A DNA stretch of 64,000 nucleotides from Candidatus Spongiisociaceae bacterium (lineage in GTDB: Bacteria > Actinomycetota > Acidimicrobiia > Spongiisociales > Spongiisociaceae), in assembly GCA_965262915.1 (NCBI GenBank), contig OZ253564.1, forward strand, positions 2,112,001-2,176,000. Direction: 5' to 3'. The notes beneath the pieces are model-generated. The model was given only the letters and a program-made list of their open reading frames with translations. It was not told the origin of the DNA and ran no database searches. This document shows, piece by piece, positions 39,269 through 48,032 of the stretch (positions are counted from its first letter, which is position 1; every line of letters begins with the position of its first letter). The translations under genes were made by a program, and so were the position numbers.

Positions 39269-40499
39269 TCAAGTCGGTGATGTGGCCGGTTCGTGGGTTA
39301 GGAGCCAGGTCTGGTATTGGCTGGCGAGTTGGTGGTTGTGGTCTCGGCCGCGTTCGAGTGCGGAGATGCGGCTGGGGTGGGTTCCGAGCTGTTGGGCGGC
39401 CTGGGTGACGGTGATGTTGGCGTGTTGACGTCGGCGGCGGAGCCGGGCGCAGTTCGGGGTTGGTGGCGGGTTGGTCAGCAGTCGGTAGATCTGTGGGGCG
39501 ATGTGCCGCTTGAGGCAGCGGATGATCTCTTTTCGGTTCTTTCCTTCCCCCTGGCGCCGTGCCACGTATTGGTTGGTGGCTGCGTCGTGGCGTATCCGGG
39601 TGGTAGCGCATCGGCCAGAGCGCGTTGTTGGCTTGGCGGTTACCTCCCCGGTTGAGACGATGCCGGATGGTCTGTCCCGATGATGCCTGGACGGGGCTGG
39701 CGCCACACAGCGCCGCGAAGGACCGTTCTGATTTCATCCGCTGGGGGTTGTCGCCGGCTGCGACTAGCAGGGCGGCTGCTGTGTCAGGGCCCACACCTTT
39801 GGCGGCTAACAGAGCCGGGTTAGCCTCGGCGCAGAGGCGACGGATCTCGATCTTGAGTTCTGCGATTTCTGTGTCGAGGGCTTGGTATCGGCGGGCCAGG
39901 TAGCGTAGAGCCATCTTCGCGTACGCCGCAGTGGTCTGTGCTTGGCCGGGACGCCAGCGGGCACAGACCCGAACCCGGGCCTTGAGCTTGAGACCTCTGA
40001 GCTGGCGTTTTACCTGTTCAGGTGCGGTAACGGTCACAGAATGTATCTGGTTAGCGGCCTGGGTGCGGGCCTTGGTAGCCGAGCGGCGGGCCACCAACAA
40101 CATCCGTATGCACTCAACGGGGCCGTCACCAGATTTGGGAACTGCGGTAGCTTGCCCCGAGGCCGCTGCCCGAGCTGCCGCCTCGGCGTCGACACTGTCG
40201 GTCTTGCCGCCCCGCTGGCGGCGTAGCTGCCGGTTCGGCCGGTTCACTTCTACCACCTCGATGCCCGCCGCCATCAGATAGCGGGCTAGGCCGGCGCCGT
40301 AGCTGCCGGTGCCCTCCACTCCTACCCGGAGCAGGTGCCCGTGGGTTCCGAACCACCTGGTCATCTGCTCATATCCGACCGGATCAGCCCCGAACGGAGC
40401 GGTTCCCAGCACTCGACCGGCGTTGTCGACCACCGCCGCAACATGGGTATCACGATGGGTATCAACCCCACCGAACACAACCCGACCATCTTCTTCCAT
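39269..40499 (-). pseudogene. IS110 DEDD recombinase with C-terminal HTH; frameshift at about 39610-39615
   Basis: GVDTH, GVEGTG, KTDSVDA, PVQASSG, GNRQANNAL; continues in a shifted frame as EGK.RKEIIRCLKRHIA plus HTH. Confidence 0.9.
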
Positions 40500-40543
40500 G
40501 ACGCCTTCCTCCTCTGCGGGATAGAATCACTTCCTAATCCTCG

Positions 40544-40715
40544 GACCCGGAAGGCGGTTGGACAGGCCACTCACGGTGGAGAACTCGAAGGCTCCTATTA
40601 GGTCACATCCGCCCCGGGTCAGGGGGTTACACCCCCAAGCTGGGAACAGGCCGACAGATCGATGAAAAGGCACAAGGCCAGATTTCAGTTGGGTCAGACC
40701 CGTCCCAGCCCAGGA
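40544..40715 (-). ncRNA. IS110 bridge RNA (target-binding and donor-binding loops)
   Basis: Two stem-closed internal loops whose segments match the flanks (ACTGAAAT, TCATCGAT) and the element ends (ATAGGAGC, TGAGTGG). Confidence 0.85.
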
Positions 40716-40737
40716 ACCTTCTAAGTATGAGTGGATT

Positions 40738-42039
40738 TCAGTGGGGAGTGACGGTGGCCAATAGGTCCCAGTTGGGTTTCCCCGCGTAGAGGAGTGCCCG
40801 TATTCGGTAGTTCGCGAAGTTGCGGAACCCGAACGCGATGCGTTTGATCCTCTTGATGAGGTTGTTGAGGGCTTCGGTGGGTCCGTTGGTTACCTTCGAG
40901 ATGTGCCAGTTGGTGATCTGGGGGGTCCAGCGGGCGATGGTACGTCCGAGCTTGTTGATCTCGGGTGGGCAGGATTCGTCCTGGAGGTCGTCTGCGAGCT
41001 GGAGGGTGTATTGGAGAGCGAGGGCGGGACTGTCGACCCCGTAGATGCCTCTCACGGTTTCCTTCGCGTGCCAGGCTGTGCGCACTTCGCCGTGGGGGTC
41101 ACCAGCGTCGAGGAGTCCGCGCAGGCGGGTTTGGCCGCGGTCGCTGATCTTGTCGTGGGCGGCGGTGAGGAGCCGCCGTATCCCATAGAGTGGGTCTCCT
41201 TTCCGGCCTCTGTGTCCGAGGGTTTCGTTTTGGACTCTTCTGCGTACTTCGTCGAGACGCTGGTTGGCGAGGCGGCTGACGTGGAACGGGTCTGCTACTT
41301 GGAGGGCGTGGGGCAGCACCCTGTCATACGCCTTCCGATACGAACCGGACATGACCCGACACCGCCCAGCGGATACCCCCAAGCCAATCCGCCGGTTGTG
41401 ACCGGAACCAGGCTGCGGCGCTTTCTGCCGTTCTACCAGGGACTATGTCGATCAGCTGGTGGCCCCCAACGTCGACGACAGAGGTGCACCAGACTTTGGT
41501 GCGCCACCGGCCTTTCCGCCAGAACAACGCTTCTTGTCGATGCCCACAGCTCCGACCTCGCCTATCCGATCGGTGTCGGCTTCCAACAGGGCTTCGCCCC
41601 AGCGGACGACCTCGTTGTTCACCGTATGCCAATCACAACCCAACTCCGCGGCGACCTCGTCGATCGGACGGCCCCGCCCACCCACCTGGACGGTCACCCA
41701 CCGCGCCGCTCGGGATGTCAACAACGCCCGTTCGGGACCAATCGTGGGGTCTTGCTCGATGAACGACCTGATCCCACAGTCCGGATTCGGACACGTCCAG
41801 CGCCGTTTCCTCCACCGCAGCCGCACAGGCCGACCGAACGCCGGTAAATCCACCAACACCACACTCCGATAGCCCTTCGACCACACCGACCCGCCACATG
41901 CCACACACAACGGGCGGGCCTTGCGGGACCCGATCACCACCTCAAGAGGTGCACCCTCGCCCGGGTCGTTGATCCCCACCAGATCAACCTCGCCTAGGCC
42001 TACCAACTTCTCGCACATGCGCGTAGGATCAGCTTCCAC
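40738..42039 (-). pseudogene. ISL3 transposase with two frameshifts (about 41535 and 41355)
   Basis: Zn finger C..CG / KRRWTC..C, GID, DPFHV, TNGPTEALNNLIKRIKR.AFGFRN. Confidence 0.9.
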
Positions 42040-42576
42040 AGGGGTCCTCCTGCCTCGGATGTCATTACCAACACCCGATTATGGAGGACCCCCCATCACT
42101 TCTGGTGGATTACCACTCCCCCTGGCAGATCCCCTACTCCCCACTCATTTCCGAAGAGCCCGTTATATTCGAGTTGTGCCTGAACGTCAAGCAGTGGGCC
42201 GAAGCAGATGGCAACGTTTTCGTTGAAGAGGAAGAGAGCCGCTTTGTGATCACCGTTCAGGATCATGGAGTGGGTATTCCCGCGACTATGAGAAGGGCTT
42301 TCTCGGGGTTGAGCAACGAGGAAGCCGTCGCTCGCGCCTTGGCAGCAGGCGGTACCTCGTCGGGGCAACAGTGGCGCGGATTCGGGTTGGCGGACGCGAC
42401 AGATATGTCGAACAGGGAAGGTTTCAGCGTCTACCTGGAAACCTAAGATGTGGCGATCTGGTCCGTCGATGGCTCCCTGACCTTCAGCTACAAGAGCGAG
42501 GGTGCTATCGCGGGAACACGGATCCAGATCATCTATTCCGTCCTTTAGTAGGCCTTCGCCGGGTCGTGAATACCGC

Positions 42577-42849
42577 CTATCTCTTCTCGATCAGCCGGCC
42601 GACAAGTACCTGTGGATAACGCTGGACAACAGTGTCTGATAGGGTATCCCTTCATCCATCGCCCGGGAGTGGGCAAGATTGAAGTCGCGCCCGGTTCCTC
42701 GCAGATTCACTCGCTTGGTCTTGTTGAACGTATTGCGAGCTGCCTGACAGGCTATCTCGACTTCGTGTTCAGGGTCAGGTCCAGAGCGCAACGCCGCGTT
42801 CGAATCGGTCGAGAATGTCGCGCTCCTCCGCGCTCATTTCGTCGTTCAC
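42577..42849 (-). pseudogene. BrnA/CopG-like antitoxin remnant
   Basis: EERDILDRFERG / KTKRVNLR..GIPYQTLLSSVIHRY / GRLIEKR spread across frameshifts. Confidence 0.65.
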
Positions 42850-42921
42850 GATGGTTTCGGAAACACGATATGGCGGACGTCGGCTAAGAGTCCAACGTCA
42901 TTCGAACAGCCGACAGAGCTT

Positions 42922-44010
42922 TCAGCGCCAGTCGAGTAGGACGCCGATCATGTCACGGTCCCCGGCATCGAGGTCGGCGAACGCGACATCTATCTCATCG
43001 GATGGATAGGTGTTGGTGTGCATGGCTTCGAGATGGAGCCTTCCCCTCAGGTAGAGCTCGAATAGGTACCTTACGTTCTCGATAGCCGTGAACCGGGTGA
43101 GCCGTCGGGCCGGGTCTTGATAGGGGGCGTTGCTGGTTCCGAGTATGGAGGCTTGTTTGTTGTAGAAGTCTGCTGCCAGCAGCGGCCCGACATCTTCGGG
43201 GTGCAGGGCGATGGCCACCATTCTTCCCTGATCGTCGAGGATACGCATGCCCAAGTCGAGTGGTGCCGACCCCACCGCTGCTTCGATCACTACGTCGATC
43301 CCGAACGGTTGGAACCGGTTCATCAGAGCAGCCTCGAATCCGCTCTCCATAGGGTTCAGGATCAGCGCTCTGGGGAGTGCCGTGGCAGCCCTTTGGCGCC
43401 GGACCGGGTTGATTTCCAGACAAGCAAGGTTGGCCCCGATCGCGTCGGCCACGAGCGCAGCCCCGAACCCGATCAGGCCGAGTCCGATAACCGCCACGTT
43501 GAGACCCGGAGTGAAGCCACCCCGGCGAAGGGCGTGCAGTCCCAAGGTGGGCAGGTAGCCGAATGTGGCGGCTTCGGTAGGAACGCCGTCCGGGACCTTG
43601 ATCGCCTGCCATTCCCGTGTATCGAGGATCGGCTGATGTCTGGCCTGAGCGAAGGCGCGGTCACCTTCGACCAAAGAGCGAACCCCCGCACCGACCTCAA
43701 CCACCTCCCCGATCAGGTTGTAGCCGGAGTTGACCGGGAACTTGGCGCCCGAGGGTTCGTTCCGGCTCGTTACCCGGTAGCTGGGTATGACGCCCATACC
43801 TTCGGTGATAGGGACGTCGATGTCGGCGAAGCAGTCCCATACCTCCTTCACCATGGGATCGCCGCGGTAGAGGCGGAGTTCGGTTCCAGGGCTGATGAGG
43901 CTGACAAGGGTCCTGAGGCGGACCCTTCCCGGTTCAACGGTGTCAGGGATAGTCACATGTGCCCAGTCGAACTTGCCGGGAGCCACGATGAGTGGTCGGT
44001 CCACGTCCAT
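42922..44010 (-). CDS. MDR-family dehydrogenase (YcjQ-like)
   Basis: SLISPGTE, GYN, GLGLIG Rossmann motif; canonical Zn ligands absent. Confidence 0.85.
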   Translation of the reverse strand: MDVDRPLIVAPGKFDWAHVTIPDTVEPGRVRLRTLVSLISPGTELRLYRGDPMVKEVWDCFADIDVPITEGMGVIPSYRVTSRNEPSGAKFPVNSGYNLIGEVVEVGAGVRSLVEGDRAFAQARHQPILDTREWQAIKVPDGVPTEAATFGYLPTLGLHALRRGGFTPGLNVAVIGLGLIGFGAALVADAIGANLACLEINPVRRQRAATALPRALILNPMESGFEAALMNRFQPFGIDVVIEAAVGSAPLDLGMRILDDQGRMVAIALHPEDVGPLLAADFYNKQASILGTSNAPYQDPARRLTRFTAIENVRYLFELYLRGRLHLEAMHTNTYPSDEIDVAFADLDAGDRDMIGVLLDWR

Positions 44011-44030
44011 GTTCTACCCCTTCTCCTCGT

Positions 44031-45044
44031 CTAGGCCGGATTCGGGTCTTCGGGGAAGTAGCAATGCACCGAGTGGCCTTCCACCGGGATGTCGGCGGGG
44101 GGGAACTCACTCGCGCAGACCTCCTCGGTCTTCCAGCAACGGGTCCGGAATGGGCATCCGCTCGGAGGGTTCCGGGGGTTGGGGAGGGTCCCTTCGAGGA
44201 TGATCCGCTCGCTGCTGGTGGTGATCATGGGGCTGGCCGATAGCAGGGCTCGCGTGTAGGGGTGGAGCCGGTGGTCCCTGACTTCGGCGACGGGCCCTTC
44301 CTCGACTTTGTGTCCGAGGTACATGACGGCAACGCGGTCCACGAGCCAGGAGACCGCCTGGATGTTGTGGCTGATGAGGATGACGGAGAGGTTGAGCGCG
44401 TCGCGGAGTTCTGCCACAAGATTGAGGATCTGGTTCTGGACGCTGACGTCGAGGGCCGAGGTGGGTTCGTCGGCTACCAGGAGCGAAGGGTTAAGGGAGA
44501 GGGCTCGGGCGATGGCCACTCGCTGGCGTTGACCTCCGGACAGCTCTTCAGGGCGTTTGTCGGCTGCGTCGCGGGGGAGGTGGACCATGTCCAATAGTTC
44601 TTGGACCCTGGCGTCTCTGGCGGCGCGGTCGCCGATGCCGTGGATTATAAGGGGGTCGGCCAGGGTGTCGCGTACCTTCAGACGGGGGTTGAGGCTGGAG
44701 GTAGGGTCTTGGAAGACGATGGCGACTTGGCGGGCGAAGGTCCGGCGGCGCCACTTGGCTGACTGCTTCCAGATGTCGGTTCCGTCGAAGATGATCTGCC
44801 CTGCGGTAGGGCGGATCAGCCCCACCACGCAGCGGGCCACCGTGGACTTGCCGCAGCCCGATTCGCCTACGAGGCCGAGGGCTTCTCCGGGGGCTACGGT
44901 CAGCGAGAGGTCCTCCACCGCGTGGACTTTCTGTCTTCTTGGAGCGCGGTAGTGATGGGTGAGGTTCTCCAAACGGAGCAGATCTTCCCCACTTGAGCCC
45001 CGACCGACCCCGGCGGTCGTCGCTGCAGCCAACTGGGAGGTCAT
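44031..45044 (-). CDS. Peptide/nickel-type ABC ATPase (OppF-like)
   Basis: GESGCGKS, LSGGQRQR, DEPTSALD, HPYT, GCPFRTRC. Confidence 0.95.
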   Translation of the reverse strand: MTSQLAAATTAGVGRGSSGEDLLRLENLTHHYRAPRRQKVHAVEDLSLTVAPGEALGLVGESGCGKSTVARCVVGLIRPTAGQIIFDGTDIWKQSAKWRRRTFARQVAIVFQDPTSSLNPRLKVRDTLADPLIIHGIGDRAARDARVQELLDMVHLPRDAADKRPEELSGGQRQRVAIARALSLNPSLLVADEPTSALDVSVQNQILNLVAELRDALNLSVILISHNIQAVSWLVDRVAVMYLGHKVEEGPVAEVRDHRLHPYTRALLSASPMITTSSERIILEGTLPNPRNPPSGCPFRTRCWKTEEVCASEFPPADIPVEGHSVHCYFPEDPNPA

Positions 45045-46030
45045 CGTGCCGCTCCGGCCATGGCTTGGCCTACGGGGAAGTAGCAGGCTAGATCGTGGCG
45101 GTCACCGACTTCCTCGAGAAGGGGCGGGATGTCCGCACATGGTTGTCCGGCGTTTTCGCACCTCTCGACGAAGCGGCATCCGGGTGAGAACTCCAGTGGG
45201 CTGGGGACCACACCATCGATGGAGCGGGCGGGTCGTTCTCTTGCTTCGAGGCTGACGATCGAAGCCAACAATCCTGCGGCGTATGGATGCCGCGGGTTGT
45301 GGACGAGTTCTTCGGTGTGTGCTGCTTCCACCAACTGCCCCGCGTACATGACCATGGTGCGTTCGCACAGTTCCTTCACCAGTGCGAGGTTGTGGGTGAT
45401 GAGGATGGTGGTGAAGGACAGTTCGGCCTGCAGTGACCGTAACAGTTCGACGATCTGCGCCTGCACCGTTTCATCCAAGGCGGTGGTGGGCTCGTCGCCG
45501 ATCAGGATCGAGGGGCGGCGAGCCAGCGCCATGGCGATCAGAACCCGCTGGCGTTGCCCTCCGGATAACTGGAAAGGGTAGGCGGCGGCGATAGCCTCGG
45601 GGTTGGGGAGATGGACCAGCTCGAGCAGTTCGTACATGCGCCCAGCCTTGCGATCACCGTCGAGGCGCAGCGCCTGGCGCAACTGGGCCTTGACCGTCAT
45701 CCCGGGGTTGAGGCTCATCAACGGGTCTTGGTAGACCATGCCGATCTCCCGACCCATCAGCTTGCGGCGCTCGGTCGTGGACAACTCAAGTACATCTTGG
45801 CCCTTCCAGCGGATGGACCCTGTCGCTTCGACCAGGCGCGGCAAGAGGCCGATGACGGCCAACCCGGTCAGCGTCTTGCCACACCCCGACTCGCCCACGA
45901 TTCCCAGGTTCTCGCCCTCGATCACCGAGAACGACACGCCCGACACCACCGGAGTATTCCCGTAGGCGTGCCGGATATGGATGCTGAGGTCCTCCACCTC
46001 CAGGATCGGCATACCGGGCGATGAGGTCAT
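45041..46030 (-). CDS. Peptide/nickel-type ABC ATPase (OppD-like)
   Basis: GESGCGKT, LSGGQRQR, DEPTTALD, VMYAG, HPY. Confidence 0.95.
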   Translation of the reverse strand: MTSSPGMPILEVEDLSIHIRHAYGNTPVVSGVSFSVIEGENLGIVGESGCGKTLTGLAVIGLLPRLVEATGSIRWKGQDVLELSTTERRKLMGREIGMVYQDPLMSLNPGMTVKAQLRQALRLDGDRKAGRMYELLELVHLPNPEAIAAAYPFQLSGGQRQRVLIAMALARRPSILIGDEPTTALDETVQAQIVELLRSLQAELSFTTILITHNLALVKELCERTMVMYAGQLVEAAHTEELVHNPRHPYAAGLLASIVSLEARERPARSIDGVVPSPLEFSPGCRFVERCENAGQPCADIPPLLEEVGDRHDLACYFPVGQAMAGAAR

Positions 46031-46977
46031 GACTGGCCCAACAAGTGGCGCCTACCACCGAGACGGTCCGCCATGCTCTCCGCCACCGTATTGAGCGCCA
46101 GTACGGTGAGGAAGATCGCGATACCGGGGAACGTCGTATACCACCAGGTGCCGGCGTACACGAACTGGGCGCCGTCGCGGATCAGGTTCCCCCAAGTGGG
46201 AGTGGGCGGTGGGAGCCCGGCCCCGAGGAAACTGATGGACGCCTCCAGTATCACCGCGTCCGCCGCTACCAGCGTGAAGAACACCAGCAGCGGAGTGGCG
46301 ATGTTAAGGGAAATATGGCGCAGCAGGATACGGAGCTGGGAGCTACCCATTGCCTTCAGGGCGGAGACGTAGTCCTCGGCCATCTGGTCGAGGACCGCGG
46401 CGCGGATGTAACGGGCCATGATGGGCGTGTACACGACGGTGAGGACCAGCAGCAGGGTCCACAAAGACTGGCCGAAGGCCGAGGCAACCACGACAGCCAG
46501 CACTACCGCCGGAAACGCGAACTGGATGTCCATGAGACGCATCAGTACGTCGTTGATCCATCTGCGCCCCCGATTCGGGGCGGTGGAGGCTGCCACCATT
46601 CCGATCGTTCCTCCCAGGATCAGGGCGCAGAGCGGTGTCACCACCGCTACCAGCGCCGACATCCTCGATCCATGAATCACCCGGGATAGGATGTCGCGAG
46701 CTACCTCATCGGAGCCCATGATGTGCTCCGGCCAGTCGGGACCCGTGTTCGGCAGGGTCAGCGCCACCTTATAGGGATCGTAAGGTGACAGCCAGTGGGC
46801 GAAGATGGCCACCAGTATGACGAACACGACCCAGCCCAACCCTAACTTGGCCCGGAATGGAAGCGTTCCGAGCTTCACCGGACCGGCGGGAGTGGCCTTC
46901 ATGGCGGTTTCCACGGATTTCGGGCCGAACCTCATCCATGACCGGTGATCGGTGCGGCGGTCGCGGCCTTCGCTCAT
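46027..46977 (-). CDS. ABC permease (OppC-like)
   Basis: RDILSRVIHG, FP, EASISFLGAG, PTWG. Confidence 0.93.
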   Translation of the reverse strand: MSEGRDRRTDHRSWMRFGPKSVETAMKATPAGPVKLGTLPFRAKLGLGWVVFVILVAIFAHWLSPYDPYKVALTLPNTGPDWPEHIMGSDEVARDILSRVIHGSRMSALVAVVTPLCALILGGTIGMVAASTAPNRGRRWINDVLMRLMDIQFAFPAVVLAVVVASAFGQSLWTLLLVLTVVYTPIMARYIRAAVLDQMAEDYVSALKAMGSSQLRILLRHISLNIATPLLVFFTLVAADAVILEASISFLGAGLPPPTPTWGNLIRDGAQFVYAGTWWYTTFPGIAIFLTVLALNTVAESMADRLGGRRHLLGQS

Positions 46978-46980
46978 GCG

Positions 46981-47961
46981 TTACGAGCTTTCACGGGCAC
47001 TCGGCTTGAAGATGATGAACGCTACGTCGGCGGCCAGGTTGGCGAGGATGAACATCACGGCGGCGATCAGGGCGATTCCGGTGACTATGTTGAAGTCGCC
47101 CGTGGTGGCGGAATTCATCATCTGCCACCCCAGGCCGGGGATGTTGAAGACCCTCTCGACCAGCACCGCACCTCCCAATAGGTAACCGGCCTGCAATCCC
47201 AACACTGTCAGGGGGGCCACCAGCGCGTTGCGGAGCACGTTCTTGCGGACGATCACCCGATCCCGGAGCCCGATTCCACGGGCGGTGCGCACGTAGTCCT
47301 TCTCCAACTCGTCCAGTACCGACGAACGCACCACCCGGGTCAGGAAACCCCCGACAGGGAGAGCTATCGACAGTGTGGGGAGGATGAGGGACTTCAACCA
47401 TGCGACTGGATCTTCGGAGAAGGGAACCCACCCGCCCGCGGGCAGCAGCGGACTCTCAAGGCCCAAGATCGAAGTCAAGTTGAGGGCAAAGATCTGGATA
47501 AGCAGCAGCGCCAGCCAGAACACCGGCATGGAGAGGCCCCCGAACGTGACCGCCCTGACGACCGCATCCCACCAGCTCCCCGCGAAATAGGCGGAGGTCA
47601 CCCCCAGAACGAAGGCTATAAGGGTACCCAGGATCACCGAACTCGCCGCTAGCGTCAGAGTGATACCTACGTGCTGTTGCAGGATATCCAACACCGGCCG
47701 GCTGCCGTAGATGCTCACACCGAAGTCGCCGCCGGCGAGGTCGCGCAAGTACCGCCCGTAACGGATAGGTATCGGATCGTTGAGTCCGAACTCCTCGGCG
47801 AGTTGCTCGCGGGCCTCGTCGCTGGCATACAGTCCCAGACCCGCGTAGCGGGCGTCAATGGGAGAGACCTCCAGCATTACGAACACGTAGAACGTGACGC
47901 CGATCAAGACCGGCAGGGCCTGAATGAGACGCTGCAGGACGACCCTGCCTACTGCTCCCAT
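46981..47961 (-). CDS. ABC permease (OppB-like)
   Basis: GDFGVS, PVFW, DYVRTARGIGL, ERVFNIPGLG. Confidence 0.93.
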   Translation of the reverse strand: MGAVGRVVLQRLIQALPVLIGVTFYVFVMLEVSPIDARYAGLGLYASDEAREQLAEEFGLNDPIPIRYGRYLRDLAGGDFGVSIYGSRPVLDILQQHVGITLTLAASSVILGTLIAFVLGVTSAYFAGSWWDAVVRAVTFGGLSMPVFWLALLLIQIFALNLTSILGLESPLLPAGGWVPFSEDPVAWLKSLILPTLSIALPVGGFLTRVVRSSVLDELEKDYVRTARGIGLRDRVIVRKNVLRNALVAPLTVLGLQAGYLLGGAVLVERVFNIPGLGWQMMNSATTGDFNIVTGIALIAAVMFILANLAADVAFIIFKPSARESS

Positions 47962-48032
47962 CAGACCCTACCGGTCTCAAGCAATATCAATGCGATATCA
48001 GCTCTGTTTCTGTTTCGTATGCCAGAGGCAGA

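Larger units (their letters stand above)
39254..40736 (-). mobile_element. IS110-family element, AT core at both junctions, no inverted repeats
   Basis: AT at 39254-55 and 40735-36; excision restores the ISL3 IRR; DEDD recombinase inside. Confidence 0.92.
39245..42160 (-). mobile_element. ISL3-family insertion sequence with a nested IS110
   Basis: 8-bp duplication CGTTATAT (39237-39244, 42161-42168); IRL GGCTCTTCGGAAATGAGTGGGGAGT; reconstituted IRR GGCTCATCGATTTCAGTGGGGAGT. Confidence 0.92.
39133..42548 (+). pseudogene. HATPase_c/GHKL ATP-binding protein split by ISL3 (39133-39244 + 42169-42548), with internal TAA at 42444
   Basis: Removing ISL3 and one target-duplication copy gives in-frame ETVI-FELCLNV..VQDHGVGIP..RGFGL..GTRIQI. 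Confidence 0.8.

Noticed and set aside
39093-39610. C-terminal part of the 468-aa IS110 ORF in the track
   Set aside because: Out-of-frame read-through after the frameshift. It runs past the element boundary, and the real C-terminus is in the frame ending at 39269.
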